Positions 8,283-19,268 of a stretch of DNA of 46,086 nucleotides are shown piece after piece. The notes beneath the pieces are model-generated. The model was not told the origin of the DNA. It saw only the letters and a program-made list of their open reading frames with translations, and searched no databases. Position numbers and translations under genes: made by a program. Numbering within the stretch: position 1 is the first letter of the stretch; each line of letters opens with the position of its first letter. The stretch is from positions 1-46,086 of the forward strand of contig CAMBDN010000001.1 of assembly GCA_945865355.1 (NCBI GenBank), given 5' to 3'. Source of the DNA: Legionella genomosp. 1. GTDB taxonomy: Bacteria > Pseudomonadota > Gammaproteobacteria > Legionellales > Legionellaceae.

Positions 8283-10583
8283 ATGCAATTATTCGCGAGG
8301 TTTTGCCTCTTTTTTCTTTGTATTAACGTCCCCTTTGCCAACGCCATTAACGGTACTTTGCCAGCGTTTGATGTTAAACAAGCCAACCAGAAATTTGATC
8401 GCATTAATCTCCAGTTATCTGTGCAAAATTTAAATCTCAATAATTTAGAAACGGCCGTCAACACCCTCAACCTGCTAACCACCAAAGCGGATGATTGCGT
8501 AGAAGACATCCAAAGAAAAATAAGTAATACAGAGATGCTTATCAAACAAACAAGCAATACTGTTGAGAGTAGTAAAAACGAGGGGGCCGATCTGGTCTAC
8601 CTTAACAACCAACAGAAAGAGCTATCAGATGAACAAGCTCAGTGCAGATTATTCTCAATAAGAGCTAAAGAAGCTATTGAAGCGTATAAAGATGCTATTG
8701 CAAAAATAAAACAAGAGGAAGCATTAACTCGTAGCATGCCTTTGTGGAAGATGATCAACCAAGCCCTAGAGTCACCTCCTGAAACCAAACTGATAAACCT
8801 ATTAACAACAGAGATCCCTGCCTCATTACCCCCCCTGTTTTCATCAATACTACTTGCATGCATGGCATTGATAGCGTCAACATTCACTCTGCTCAAACTT
8901 CAACGGAGCCGATCTGTTCGCCATTATTTTCGAATTAAAAAATTATATGTCAGCTACATCGTACTGCTTTCTTCTTTTTTTATTTCGGGCGCCCTGTTTA
9001 CTTCCTTATTAATTTTTTCACAAGATTTATCCAAATCAGATCTACCGTTGGTATTATCCGGCTTATTCTTTTTCTATCTGACATCCTTAATGGTCATCCT
9101 GCTCTCATTCAAGATGAATAAAATCAGAGCTCTCTTTTATTGGTATTCACTGGATGAACGCTTCTTTCAAAATGTTTCTGTCACTCTACTAAGTTTTTAC
9201 ACTACAGCATTGGTTGGGCGACTCATCTCCAATTCATTTAGCAACAATAGTCCATTATGGCAATCATGCCAGTCGCTATTTATTTTGGTTACTTTAACGA
9301 CAAGCGCTTATTTTATCCATTACTTCTGTAAAGTACATCGGCATTTTTCCTTTATTAAACACTATAATAAATTGATTCAACGTTTCAGCTTCATGCTACT
9401 TACCACGTGCGCGATAATTAACGTTTTAGGATATCTACCTTTAGCACAGCATTTAACCTTTTCAGGATTAACCTCCTTCATTGTTATTTTTAATACACTC
9501 CTTATCACGCAAGGAATCAATAAAATTTATTTGATGATGAGCCAACAAGAAACAACCAGGGCTAAAATTATCAAGTATTTTGGTTACCGTAAGGATCAAA
9601 TCTTTTCTGAGTTTTTAATCTTAAAAACCGTGGCTCAACTGATTACGGTGGCAACTAGTGTCTATTTTGTTGGTCGCATTTGGGGCTTTGCCACAGACTT
9701 TATTGAAAGTATTTATGAACAACTCTTAGATGGGGTCCATATCGTCAATATCACTATTTACCCAACAAGAATCTTATCCGGCACTGTTGTTTTTTGCTCA
9801 CTCTATTTATTGTTTCGGGCAATTTCTACTAGTATTAGCAGACACCAACAATTTGAGGATGAGGAGGAGACGCAAGTAGCCGTTGCATCGATTCTTAACT
9901 ATGTTGGCTTTAGTATCGCTTTAATTTCAGGGTTTTTGATAGCCGGCTTTGACTTTACCGGGCTTGCAATCATTGCCGGTGCTCTTTCCGTGGGTATTGG
10001 GCTTGGATTACAGAGCATTGTCAATAATTTTGTGTCTGGATTAATTTTACTCATTGAAAAACCAATCCGCCCAGGCGATCGGATTAACGTTGATGGGATT
10101 GAAGGTTTCGTGAAAAAAATTCGTGTACGTTCAACCCAAATCATTACATCAGCTCGTGAAGATATTATTGTGCCAAACTCAGATTTAATTACTCGGCGAG
10201 TAACGAACTATATGTTCAGTGATCACTTCTTCCGCATCAATTGTGAAATCCGTGTTGCTTATGGCAGTGATACTCATCTGGTCCGCGATACACTATTAAA
10301 TCTTGCACACAACCATGACGAAGTTATCAAGAACGGTCGCAACAAGCCAGTGGTACTGTTTCGTTCATTTTCTGAAAACAATCTTGTTTTCCAACTTGTT
10401 TGCCTGATCAAAGACGTCAATAAGAAATCACTGGTTCAGAGTGAATTAAATTTTGCAATCGAGAAAGCGTTCCGAGAAAATAATATCGAAATTCCATCCC
10501 ATCAGCGCGAAGTTAACATTAAGGTAACTGAAATGTTGAGGGCTACAACAAAGCCCTATGAATTTCATCCTACTGAATCATAA
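8283..10583 (+). CDS. Large mechanosensitive channel of the MscK/MscM (MscS-superfamily) type
   Basis: Signal peptide, then a periplasmic coiled-coil region, then about 10 hydrophobic segments. A C-terminal MscS core follows (GALSVGIGLGLQSIVNNFVSGLILLIEKPIRPGDRI...VRSTQI). Confidence 0.85.
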   Translation: MQLFARFCLFFLCINVPFANAINGTLPAFDVKQANQKFDRINLQLSVQNLNLNNLETAVNTLNLLTTKADDCVEDIQRKISNTEMLIKQTSNTVESSKNEGADLVYLNNQQKELSDEQAQCRLFSIRAKEAIEAYKDAIAKIKQEEALTRSMPLWKMINQALESPPETKLINLLTTEIPASLPPLFSSILLACMALIASTFTLLKLQRSRSVRHYFRIKKLYVSYIVLLSSFFISGALFTSLLIFSQDLSKSDLPLVLSGLFFFYLTSLMVILLSFKMNKIRALFYWYSLDERFFQNVSVTLLSFYTTALVGRLISNSFSNNSPLWQSCQSLFILVTLTTSAYFIHYFCKVHRHFSFIKHYNKLIQRFSFMLLTTCAIINVLGYLPLAQHLTFSGLTSFIVIFNTLLITQGINKIYLMMSQQETTRAKIIKYFGYRKDQIFSEFLILKTVAQLITVATSVYFVGRIWGFATDFIESIYEQLLDGVHIVNITIYPTRILSGTVVFCSLYLLFRAISTSISRHQQFEDEEETQVAVASILNYVGFSIALISGFLIAGFDFTGLAIIAGALSVGIGLGLQSIVNNFVSGLILLIEKPIRPGDRINVDGIEGFVKKIRVRSTQIITSAREDIIVPNSDLITRRVTNYMFSDHFFRINCEIRVAYGSDTHLVRDTLLNLAHNHDEVIKNGRNKPVVLFRSFSENNLVFQLVCLIKDVNKKSLVQSELNFAIEKAFRENNIEIPSHQREVNIKVTEMLRATTKPYEFHPTES

Positions 10584-10744
10584 TTAACTTCCCACTTTCT
10601 AATTATAGATGGTGTATTTTTCAAAAAAGTATTGAGAGTTAAATCTGTTTTGAGTTATGTTGGGATGAGGCATATAAAAATTAAACTGATATGATTGGCA
10701 TTTAGGGATGAATGCAGATACTCAACTAGTGTTCAGGAGGCGTT

Positions 10745-10975
10745 ATGGCTAGAGGAGAAGTCAAATGGTTCAACAATGCGAAGGGCTGGGGGTTCATTAT
10801 ACCAGAGGGCGGTGGGGACGATATTTTTGTCCATTTTTCCGCTATAGGTGGCACCGGCTATAAAACACTTGTTGCCGGTCAGACCGTATATTTTGAATTG
10901 GAGAAGGGCGAACGTGGCTTACACGCAACAAATGTCTCCGCACTTAATGAAATTGCCGAGGAAGCGGAGGCCTAA
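10745..10975 (+). CDS. cspA: Cold-shock domain protein with an acidic C-terminal tail
   Basis: [15 protein letters not shown] (RNP1) and DIFVHFSAI (RNP2). An AGGAGG SD lies 5 nt upstream. Confidence 0.9.
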   Translation: MARGEVKWFNNAKGWGFIIPEGGGDDIFVHFSAIGGTGYKTLVAGQTVYFELEKGERGLHATNVSALNEIAEEAEA

Positions 10976-11173
10976 AATCACGAGCCTATAAGCACGTGAA
11001 ATGGCTATAATCCGGACGGAACCACACGGTGGTTTTAGCAATGAATCACAACTACAGGTAAATGGCTGTGCGGTAGATGAATAGCTCGACCAGCCATGGA
11101 AACACTGTTACTTTCTCGAACCTGCACGAAAATGTTGCAATAAATCTCATTTTGTGTAAAATATACCACAGTT

Positions 11174-12490
11174 ATGAAACGAAAATTAATTTACACATTC
11201 ACCAGTATTACTTTTCTTACGTTGTGCTTAATCTGGCCTTTATTGTATAACAAGGTTCATAAGCCAACCGTTATTGTTAAAAAAATTGCTCTTAAAACAA
11301 GCGCCATTAATACAGCTGCTATTAAAACAACGATTAATAAAATAGCAACGATTAAGACAGCGACGGCTAACAAGAGAGTCAATTTAAAGACCGTCACCAC
11401 TAACAACAGCACCTTAAAGCAAATCCCCTTTGAAAGATTGCCGGGATGGAATGAAACTGAAGTTAAAAAATCCTTACTAGCCTTTCAGATGTCTTGTAAA
11501 ACGTTCTTAAAACAAAAGCCGACTCATGCTGTTGGTTCTAAGCTCATCAAGCTACAAGCAAAAGACTGGCACCCTGCTTGTAGAGAAGCCATATTAATTG
11601 ATTCAACCTATGAAGACAACGCAAGACAATTTTTTGAAAAATGGTTTTATCCAATCGAACTTGCAAAAAATAAACCAGTGCATGGGTTGTTTACTGGTTA
11701 TTACATGCCTCAACTAAAGGGCAACTTAACAAGAACAGAAAAATACAATACACCAATCTATGGTTTACCTCGTAATTTAAAGCAGAAAGACGATAAAAAA
11801 TCAGTAAATCGATCGAAACAATTACCGTACTATACACGTGAGGAAATTGATAAAGGCGCTCTCATCAAGAAAGCACCGGTCATTGCCTGGATCAATAGCC
11901 CAATAGAACGATTATTTCTAGAAATCGAGGGTGCAGGTGTCATCAAACTGTCTAGTGGTAAGAAATTATACCTTGGATATGCTGGTGAAAACGGGGCACC
12001 TTATTCTTCAATTGGCAGCTTGTTGATCAAAAAAGGAGTTATGACCAAGGATAATGCCTCCAAAGCAGTCATTAAAAAATATTTAGAGAGTCAACCCAAC
12101 AATGCCAACACCCTTATACATAAAAATAATTCCTTTGTTTTTTTTCAAAAGGTATCCGATTGGATTGCCTTAGGCGCTCATGGACGGACACTTACTCCTG
12201 GGTACTCATTAGCCATTGACAAGAAATGGATCCCGCTAGGCGCACCATTATGGTTAACAACAACAATACCTGATCAAGAAAACAAGAGTGACAAACAATT
12301 TCAGCGACTTATGATAGCCCAAGACACCGGTGGTGCAATCAAAGGATTGGTCCGTGGTGATATATTTTGGGGCTCAGGAAAAAATGCTGCGTTTCTTGGT
12401 GAGAACATGAAAAACGAAGGCCGTTATTGGCTGCTTCTGCCAAAACGTGCTTTTGATCGACTTGCAAACCGCTTTCTAGCTAGCAAGTAG
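11174..12490 (+). CDS. mltA: Membrane-bound lytic murein transglycosylase A
   Basis: The MltA domain plus 3D-domain signature AQDTGGAIKGLVRGDIFWGSG. N-terminal anchor followed by a low-complexity linker. Confidence 0.85.
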   Translation: MKRKLIYTFTSITFLTLCLIWPLLYNKVHKPTVIVKKIALKTSAINTAAIKTTINKIATIKTATANKRVNLKTVTTNNSTLKQIPFERLPGWNETEVKKSLLAFQMSCKTFLKQKPTHAVGSKLIKLQAKDWHPACREAILIDSTYEDNARQFFEKWFYPIELAKNKPVHGLFTGYYMPQLKGNLTRTEKYNTPIYGLPRNLKQKDDKKSVNRSKQLPYYTREEIDKGALIKKAPVIAWINSPIERLFLEIEGAGVIKLSSGKKLYLGYAGENGAPYSSIGSLLIKKGVMTKDNASKAVIKKYLESQPNNANTLIHKNNSFVFFQKVSDWIALGAHGRTLTPGYSLAIDKKWIPLGAPLWLTTTIPDQENKSDKQFQRLMIAQDTGGAIKGLVRGDIFWGSGKNAAFLGENMKNEGRYWLLLPKRAFDRLANRFLASK

Positions 12491-12638
12491 AGCATTAGGT
12501 TTTCGCTGAATGTTAAACTGAATATCCTTATTTTAATTCGTGCCCCAAGGATTATTTTCGGCTCTAATGTCTGAAGACCGGCTGTGTAGACGAGAATCCT
12601 ATGGTATATTACAGAATTTCTTCAGTTGCGTACATCCG

Positions 12639-13646
12639 ATGAAACATGGCTTATTGATAATTAATTTAGGCACGCCCGATAATCCCAGTGTTGGCGCCGT
12701 AGGCCGCTATTTACGCGAGTTTCTAGCTGATGGGCGAGTTATTTCCCTTCCTGCCCCATTACGCTATCTATTGCTTTACTGTTTTATCCTGCCCTTTAGA
12801 GTACGTCGCTCCGCACATGCTTATCAGATGATATGGAGCGCAGAGGGTTCGCCATTGCTTCATCATAGTCGCAGTTTAGTTAACGGCTTACAAAAACGCC
12901 TTGAGGGCCATTGCAAAGTCGTATTAGGAATGCGCTATGGAAATCCTAGCATTGATGAAGCGCTACATCAGCTCAGCGGATGCGAAAAAATTACTGTTTT
13001 ACCGCTCTACCCACAATATTCTTCTGCGGCAACAGGATCTTCAATTGAAAAAACATTGCGTAGTATAAGCACGAAGAACATACTGCCATCGCTCAATGTT
13101 ATTCGTGATTTTTATTCACATCAAAGCTTCATTAACGCACAAGTTGCAATGATAAAGTCTCATGTCGGGAATCATGACTATATTTTATTCAGCTACCATG
13201 GCTTACCAGAACAGCACTTACAACAAGGTGGCTGCAATCCTGTCTGCGCGGCTCAATGCCCACCTATTTCCTCGACTGATAAAGGTTGCTACCGCGCACA
13301 GTGCCTACAAACCACGGCGCTAGTAGCCGAGTCCCTTGGCCTAACTGAACAACAACATGGAACCGCTTTTCAATCAAGGCTCGGAAAAATGCCATGGATA
13401 AAACCTTACACAGATGAAATTCTTGTTAAGCTAATCTCACAAGGGATTAAACGAATTGCAGTTGTTTGCCCCTCATTTGTAGCGGATTGTTTAGAAACAT
13501 TAGAAGAAATTGGTATTCGCCTAAAAAGCCAATGGATTGAAATCGGGGGAACACAATTAACACTCATCCCTTGTCTTAATGACAGCGAGCCTTGGCTAGA
13601 TGCAATTATTGACATTACCAACATAAGAGTTATCACGCCACATTGA
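12639..13646 (+). CDS. hemH: Ferrochelatase
   Basis: From the ATG at 12639: MKHGLLIINLGTPD, LPLYPQYSSATTGS-like block, FSYHGLPE, and CPSFVADCLETLEEI. The GTG-initiated track extension was trimmed. Confidence 0.9.
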   Translation: MKHGLLIINLGTPDNPSVGAVGRYLREFLADGRVISLPAPLRYLLLYCFILPFRVRRSAHAYQMIWSAEGSPLLHHSRSLVNGLQKRLEGHCKVVLGMRYGNPSIDEALHQLSGCEKITVLPLYPQYSSAATGSSIEKTLRSISTKNILPSLNVIRDFYSHQSFINAQVAMIKSHVGNHDYILFSYHGLPEQHLQQGGCNPVCAAQCPPISSTDKGCYRAQCLQTTALVAESLGLTEQQHGTAFQSRLGKMPWIKPYTDEILVKLISQGIKRIAVVCPSFVADCLETLEEIGIRLKSQWIEIGGTQLTLIPCLNDSEPWLDAIIDITNIRVITPH

Positions 13647-13773
13647 ACGGTTAGATGTTCATACTGCAGCCATATTTAAACCCATATTGATCTTTACTCT
13701 ATTGCAAATTGCAGGATTTGTGCTATACCCAATCAAAAGGCACATAAGAATTATTTACCTTCGAGAGGGGATC

Positions 13774-14013
13774 ATGAACAACAAGCAATTTTCAGAACGC
13801 CTCAATAAAGAATTAGACGAAATCGGTGTTCCACAACGCAGTGATGAACGAGTTGAGGTTTTTTCCAAACTCATTAAAATTCCTCGGTTTAAAGCGGAGG
13901 CAATATTAAATGGCAACACCAACCCCGAAGCTCCGTTACTTAAATTACTAGCAGACGAGTTGGAGGTAAGTGCGGATTGGTTATTAGGCAAAAGCGACAA
14001 ACGCCAAAATTAA
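13774..14013 (+). CDS. Small XRE/Cro-type helix-turn-helix protein (79 aa)
   Basis: ATG at 13774 with a GAGAGGGG SD. FSERLNKELDE...LLADELEVSADWLLGKSD is the typical C-terminal end of an XRE HTH. Confidence 0.6.
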   Translation: MNNKQFSERLNKELDEIGVPQRSDERVEVFSKLIKIPRFKAEAILNGNTNPEAPLLKLLADELEVSADWLLGKSDKRQN

Positions 14014-14070
14014 GCAACACTACTTATCACAACCTTGCGATGCTCCTTTTGAAGTGAGCCTGGTAGGCGC

Positions 14071-14979
14071 TTAACCTTGAAATCGTTTATTTTTACTAGT
14101 TGGTTTAGCATTCTTTTCAATATATTGAATAATCTTACCTGCAATATTGATTTCAGTTGCCTTTTCAATACCCTCAAGACCTGGTGAAGAATTAATCTCC
14201 AGTACCAATGGACCATGATTGGAGCGCAGTAAATCAACACCCGCTACGTTCAAGCCCATGGTTTTTGCAGCAGCAATAGCTATTGCGCGCTCTTGGGGGG
14301 ATAATTTCACTTTAAGTGCACGACCACCCTGATGTACATTAGCGCGAAACTCACCCTCTTTCGCTTGACGTTTTATCGCAGCGACGACTTTGCCACCAAT
14401 GACTAAACAGCGAATATCCGTACCACATGACTCTTGAATAAATTCCTGAACTAAAATATTGGCATGCATTTCTTTAAATGCGTTAATAATGCTGACCGCT
14501 GATTGATGGCTATCAGCTAAAACAACACCCTTACCTTGGGTCCCTTCTAACAACTTAATGACTAAGGGCGCTCCACCTACCATGCGAATTAAATCTGCGG
14601 TGTTATCCGGTGATTGAGCAAAGCTTGTTAAAGGCATTGGAATACCCTTTCGGGCTAATAACTGTAGTGAACGAAATTTATCACGAGAACGTGCAATGGC
14701 TATCGATTCATTCACTGTGTAAATACCCATTGTTTCTAAATGCCTTAATACTGCTGTGCCATAAAAGGTATTGGATGCACCAATTCTAGGTATAATCGCA
14801 TCAAAATGGGGTAGAGGCTGCCCGCCGCGATAATGTATTTGCGGACAGGATGCCGCAACATTCATATAGCAATATAGCGGGTTGATAATCTTGACCTCGT
14901 GCCCTGCGTCCTCTCCTGCGGCACACAAACGTTTATGCGAATACAACTCAGGATTGGTCGCCAATATTGCGATTTTCAT
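14071..14979 (-). CDS. rimK: Ribosomal protein S6 L-glutamate ligase (ATP-grasp)
   Basis: [37 protein letters not shown], and [28 protein letters not shown]. Confidence 0.9.
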   Translation of the reverse strand: MKIAILATNPELYSHKRLCAAGEDAGHEVKIINPLYCYMNVAASCPQIHYRGGQPLPHFDAIIPRIGASNTFYGTAVLRHLETMGIYTVNESIAIARSRDKFRSLQLLARKGIPMPLTSFAQSPDNTADLIRMVGGAPLVIKLLEGTQGKGVVLADSHQSAVSIINAFKEMHANILVQEFIQESCGTDIRCLVIGGKVVAAIKRQAKEGEFRANVHQGGRALKVKLSPQERAIAIAAAKTMGLNVAGVDLLRSNHGPLVLEINSSPGLEGIEKATEINIAGKIIQYIEKNAKPTSKNKRFQG

Positions 14980-15061
14980 AACGGGGTAATTCCTTCAATA
15001 ATTATTTATTCGGTGAATACAAAAATTTTAGTTCACCAGGTTGATAACTGCTAATTTAGTT

Positions 15062-15098
15062 CAAAAACAAAACATTTATGGGTTTGCTAAAACCCCAT
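15062..15098 (-). terminator. Candidate terminator of the cox-assembly operon
   Basis: The minus strand reads atggggtttt-agc-aaacccat (one bulged base) followed by aaatgttttgttttt. It lies downstream of the sco1 stop. Confidence 0.35.
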
Positions 15099-15183
15099 AT
15101 TATTTAATTTCACACACATCATAAAAATATTTTCTCAACCACACATCAGGTGGGAGAGGATGAGAAAGAATGCGTGAATTAAA

Positions 15184-15220
15184 GCCCTCACCCGAAGCCC
15201 CTCCCGCAAGCGGGAGAGGG
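15184..15220. repeat. REP-like GC-rich hairpin element
   Basis: gccctcacccgaagcccctcccgcaagcgggagaggg, with stem ctcccg/cgggag and loop caag. The CTCCC...GGGAG core is the same as in the hairpins at 35878-36020. The track ORF 15135..15350 is just its translation. Confidence 0.5.
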
Positions 15221-15282
15221 AACTATCCATGATTTTAAATGATTCGACAAAGTAACTATCAATAGCCCGGATCAATTGATGC

Positions 15283-15927
15283 TCATGAAACCAACAACAA
15301 ATAATCCTTAGCCAGCATCGATGCTTGGTGAGGCATAGTAAAGAATGCACTCAACTTCCCGTTAGGATTGAACAACATGACAGTACCTGTATGCTCAATA
15401 TCATAACTTTGTGAATCGTCACTACTCCGAGAAGCTACTTTAGCATAGGCAATACCCATTTCTTTGGTGATCATTTTAATCGCCTCTTCATCCCCTCTAG
15501 CACCATAAAAATTAGGGTTGAACGCTTTAACATAATGATCCAAGCCAGCCAAATTATCACGCTCCGGATCGACTGAAACCATAACAACTTGCGGCAATGT
15601 TTTTGTCCCTTTCTCTTCCAATAAACGATACATTTTAGCCAGCTCCGCCATGGTCGTTGGACAAACAGAACCACAACTAGTAAAACCAAAGAAGACCAAT
15701 GTCCAGTGCCCTTCTAAGCTGGCATTATTAAATTGAGCACTATCAATACCAGTCAAAGCAAAAGCGCTCACCTCGCGAGGTTTATCCAATAGGGTTCCAT
15801 TAAATTGGCTCAAATCGATGCTTTTATTTAAATAGACATGTTGTGAAACAAATAATCCTAAAATTAATGCTATTAAGGCCAGTAAACCAGATACTGTTAT
15901 CGTAGTGCGTTTCTTTTTATCAAGCAT
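15283..15927 (-). CDS. SCO1/SenC copper chaperone for cytochrome oxidase
   Basis: N-terminal TM anchor, thioredoxin fold with CGSVCP (CxxxC), and a downstream His (IEHTG). Confidence 0.85.
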   Translation of the reverse strand: MLDKKKRTTITVSGLLALIALILGLFVSQHVYLNKSIDLSQFNGTLLDKPREVSAFALTGIDSAQFNNASLEGHWTLVFFGFTSCGSVCPTTMAELAKMYRLLEEKGTKTLPQVVMVSVDPERDNLAGLDHYVKAFNPNFYGARGDEEAIKMITKEMGIAYAKVASRSSDDSQSYDIEHTGTVMLFNPNGKLSAFFTMPHQASMLAKDYLLLVS

Positions 15928-15937
15928 TATACTTTCC

Positions 15938-16831
15938 TTACAAGTAATGATCGATTAATAATAAAATAAATATGAACATCAAATAAATAATTGAAAAGCG
16001 AAATGTACGCATGGCCACAATGGGTTGATCAGTACGATAGAGCACGGTAACCCAGTATAAAAAACGCATACCGAGCAACAATGCACCCAACAAATATAAC
16101 AACCCACTCATACCTACAACAAACGGCAATACACTGACAACGACCAATAGTATGGTATACAACAACACATTCAATTTAGTAAAACGGATTCCATGAGTAA
16201 CTGGCAGCATAGGAATTTCTGCATGTTTATAATCATCAAATCGATAGATGGCAAGCGCCCAAAAATGTGGCGGCGTCCAAGTAAAAATAATCAATACTAA
16301 CAATAAAGCCTGGGGATCGAGCTGATTGGCTACCGCAGTCCATCCCAGCAAGGGCGGTGCTGCACCTGCTAAACCCCCAATAACAATATTCTGAGGGGTT
16401 GCACGTTTCAGATAGCCCGTATAAATACCTGCATATCCTATTATCGTAATAAAAGTGAGTATCGCAGTTAAGGCGTTAACAAAAATACTCAACACAACCA
16501 AGCCGACAACGCCTAACAATAATGCAAACCAAAATGCCTGTTTTACTGAAATACGTCCGTGCGCTACAGGCCTATTTTTAGTACGCGCCATAATGGCATC
16601 TATGCGTTTATCGACCAAATGATTAACAGCAGCCGCACTCCCTGCGCAAAGACCGATGCCCAAAAGGCTGGCACTCAAGGTCAATAACGAGACCCAACCA
16701 GGAGCCGCAAGATACATTCCGACAACCACTGTTAATAACATCAGTAAAACGACTCGTGGTTTGCACAATTCAATGTAATCGCGCCATACTGCACCGAACC
16801 GCCGTTTAGTATCGCTATACATTAGCAGCAC
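15938..16831 (-). CDS. cyoE: Protoheme IX farnesyltransferase (heme O synthase)
   Basis: UbiA-family polytopic protein with [19 protein letters not shown] and YTGYLKR blocks. Confidence 0.9.
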   Translation of the reverse strand: MLLMYSDTKRRFGAVWRDYIELCKPRVVLLMLLTVVVGMYLAAPGWVSLLTLSASLLGIGLCAGSAAAVNHLVDKRIDAIMARTKNRPVAHGRISVKQAFWFALLLGVVGLVVLSIFVNALTAILTFITIIGYAGIYTGYLKRATPQNIVIGGLAGAAPPLLGWTAVANQLDPQALLLVLIIFTWTPPHFWALAIYRFDDYKHAEIPMLPVTHGIRFTKLNVLLYTILLVVVSVLPFVVGMSGLLYLLGALLLGMRFLYWVTVLYRTDQPIVAMRTFRFSIIYLMFIFILLLIDHYL

Positions 16832-16857
16832 CTCCTGTAACTTGGGATCCGTGTAAA

Positions 16858-17850
16858 TTACTCATGCGCGGTTCCTAAATACCGCATCATTACCATCGTT
16901 GCTAAAAGGAGTGCTGCTACACCATTGTGCATAACCGCAACCCATAAAGGTAGCAAATACACGACGTTAGCTACACCTAGAGCAAATTGAAAGAGAACAA
17001 AAATTACAGCGAGCAAGGCTACCATTCGCAACCTTTTTTCCCTGCCACGCAACAGGAGCAATATCGACAAAATCAGCACATAGCTTGCCACTATCACGGC
17101 GCCTATGCGATGGATAAATTGAATGGTCATCCTGACGTCTTGATCAAGAACCCCACCTTGATAATTAGCCCCTACTGGAGAAAGCAAATTAAACCCTTGA
17201 TATAAATGAAGTGCTGGCATCCATTGTCCATTGCATCGTGGAAAACCGATACAAGCAACGCCTGCATAATTGGAGCTAACCCAACCACCCAAAGCAATTT
17301 GGAAAAAAACGAGCGCTATACCAAGACCGATCCAAAACCGCCATTGCGGAAGGCTTTGCTGCACACTAACACTCAGTTGCATACGGAAGTAACAAAGACT
17401 TGCAAAAATTAGCATGCCACCTAATAAATGTCCCATCACCACCACGGGCAATAATTTTAAGGTAACCGTCCACATCCCTAATGCTGCTTGCAACAAAACC
17501 AATACCATCAACACCAATGGCAATTGCCAGGGAAGGCGCGTACCCTTCTTACGAAACCACAAGACACTCCAACCGATTAATATGATCAAAAAAGCCAACG
17601 TCCCAGCCGCATATCGATGCGCCATTTCAGTCCAAGCTTTGCGTGTTTCAATAGGAATGAGAGGATATTGGCTTTGTGCATGACTCAGTTCGTTTTTGGC
17701 CGTAGGCAAGACCATATGCCCATAGCAACCAGGCCAGTCCGGACAGCCTAGTCCTGCACCAGTAAGCCGTGTATAAGCACCCAGGACAACAACAAACAAG
17801 GCTAAAACAATGGCTGCAGTTGCTACAAATCGCAATGATTTTAATGACAT
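16858..17850 (-). CDS. ctaA: Heme A synthase (COX15/CtaA)
   Basis: Eight hydrophobic segments, [14 protein letters not shown] near the N-terminus, and conserved His in HR motifs (MAHRY, FIHRIGA). Confidence 0.85.
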   Translation of the reverse strand: MSLKSLRFVATAAIVLALFVVVLGAYTRLTGAGLGCPDWPGCYGHMVLPTAKNELSHAQSQYPLIPIETRKAWTEMAHRYAAGTLAFLIILIGWSVLWFRKKGTRLPWQLPLVLMVLVLLQAALGMWTVTLKLLPVVVMGHLLGGMLIFASLCYFRMQLSVSVQQSLPQWRFWIGLGIALVFFQIALGGWVSSNYAGVACIGFPRCNGQWMPALHLYQGFNLLSPVGANYQGGVLDQDVRMTIQFIHRIGAVIVASYVLILSILLLLRGREKRLRMVALLAVIFVLFQFALGVANVVYLLPLWVAVMHNGVAALLLATMVMMRYLGTAHE

Positions 17851-17854
17851 AAGT

Positions 17855-18475
17855 CTATTTGCTCGTCGTTTTTGTTGTATTTAACAACTGTTTAATATCA
17901 TGAAAAATATCATCGGGCTTGGTGGTTGGTGAGTAAGCAAGCACCAAATAGTTTTCTGAGTTTGCAATAAAAATTTCAAGATGATTTTTCAGTGCCGACA
18001 CATGCTCACTCGCACCAGCGGGCAATTGCAAGACATTAATGTCTTGATCGCGCAAAGTATTTGCTACATTCACAGGTAATTCTGGCGCTGTAGGACCTAG
18101 CAACAAAAGTGGCATGACCTCATATAAACGACGACCTAGGGCCAAACGAATACGCGCCATCTTATCTAATTGTTCAAGACAACTTTTTTCACAGGCCGCA
18201 GGGCTCCACAGCACCAACTGCCATTTGGATTTGATATTTAATCCAAGTGGCTTTTCCCTTTTAATCTCCTGGCCTTTACCCGTGGATACTGAAGCTAACT
18301 TCGATTGCTCCAAATGCGTTAATAATACAGGCGGATCCAGCAATACGCCCCTATTCGTGAAGGCATCCCCTAGCCAATGAGGATGATTATAAAAAAAATA
18401 GGCTGATATACCAGGGGCTGCAAACACCAAAGCCAATAGTACCAAAACAAAATAATTACGCAGACCTGTTTTCAT
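17855..18475 (-). CDS. Membrane-anchored hypothetical protein of the cytochrome-oxidase biogenesis cluster
   Basis: 206 aa, with an N-terminal TM and a CEKSC (CxxxC) motif. It occupies the same position (SURF1-hyp-COX15) as in the Pseudomonas PA0110-PA0112 arrangement. Confidence 0.6.
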   Translation of the reverse strand: MKTGLRNYFVLVLLALVFAAPGISAYFFYNHPHWLGDAFTNRGVLLDPPVLLTHLEQSKLASVSTGKGQEIKREKPLGLNIKSKWQLVLWSPAACEKSCLEQLDKMARIRLALGRRLYEVMPLLLLGPTAPELPVNVANTLRDQDINVLQLPAGASEHVSALKNHLEIFIANSENYLVLAYSPTTKPDDIFHDIKQLLNTTKTTSK

Positions 18476-19196
18476 GTTTTTTCTTAGTTCTTATATTCAA
18501 CGCAATAAATAAAATTAAAATGACCAACGCCATTGCAAACCACTGCAGCGCATACGCATAATGACGCATTGGCGGCATAGCAACAATCGACCAGTCACGT
18601 ATATATCCACCTGCTTCATGGTCGCCGAGGCGAATAATAAACGGATAGACTGATTTATGCAAAACTTGGCTGATTAATTGAGTGTCGATTAGTTCTACAA
18701 CAGCTAAATCCTTTCGTTTTTCTTCAATAACTTGCCCTAATACCCAGTTTTTTTCCGATGGATAATAAACACTACCCACAATATTAACCCTACCTACAGG
18801 GGCATTCGTTATGGGTAATATCTGCCTTGATACATCCCCTGCTATCCAACCGCGGTCCACTAATACAACCTGGCCATTAACCAGGAGTATGGGTGATATC
18901 ACATGGTAACCAAATTGGTGCTGATAATGCTGATTGTCATGCAACAGTACCTTAGGAAGAAAATGTCCTTGAACCTTTATCTGTTGATATTGCTTGGGTA
19001 ATTTGCTACTGGCTTGCCACAAAATCGGCGTCTGTTTTGCAAGTTCACGATGAGATGATAGCATGTGTTTTTTTTCATCAGCCCGCTGTAATTGCCAGAA
19101 ACCCAAGCGGGTAAATAATAGTATCATTAAAACCGCTAACAGACTTATTCCCCAACTCGGGGTGAAACGGGCGTTAAAACAAGTTAAACTAGGCAT
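18456..19196 (-). CDS. SURF1 family cytochrome oxidase assembly protein
   Basis: TM helices at both the N- and C-terminal ends. Blocks GFWQLQRADEKK, VLVDRGWI and HYAYALQWFAMA. Confidence 0.85.
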   Translation of the reverse strand: MPSLTCFNARFTPSWGISLLAVLMILLFTRLGFWQLQRADEKKHMLSSHRELAKQTPILWQASSKLPKQYQQIKVQGHFLPKVLLHDNQHYQHQFGYHVISPILLVNGQVVLVDRGWIAGDVSRQILPITNAPVGRVNIVGSVYYPSEKNWVLGQVIEEKRKDLAVVELIDTQLISQVLHKSVYPFIIRLGDHEAGGYIRDWSIVAMPPMRHYAYALQWFAMALVILILFIALNIRTKKKHENRSA

Positions 19197-19268
19197 ATTT
19201 CTCTTCTAGTAAAGGCTCTGTTTCCCATAGAGAAACGTTCTTCAATTGCAATAATGGGAGTATAACAA

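Noticed and set aside
8261-8557. Minus-strand 98-aa ORF overlapping the channel gene start.
   Set aside because: It is a shadow ORF antisense to a well-supported 766-aa gene, with no independent signals.
10976-11173. Small RNA or terminator between cspA and mltA: a short hairpin aaccac-acg-gtggtt plus TT at 11020-11036, and a 7-bp atggctg/cagccat stem.
   Set aside because: The stems are short or the loops long, and I cannot distinguish this from chance. At most it is a weak cspA terminator.
15135-15350. 71-aa minus-strand ORF (…SRLREGLRVRAL…).
   Set aside because: It is the translation of the REP-like GC-rich hairpin and overlaps the sco1 3' end. It is an artefact.
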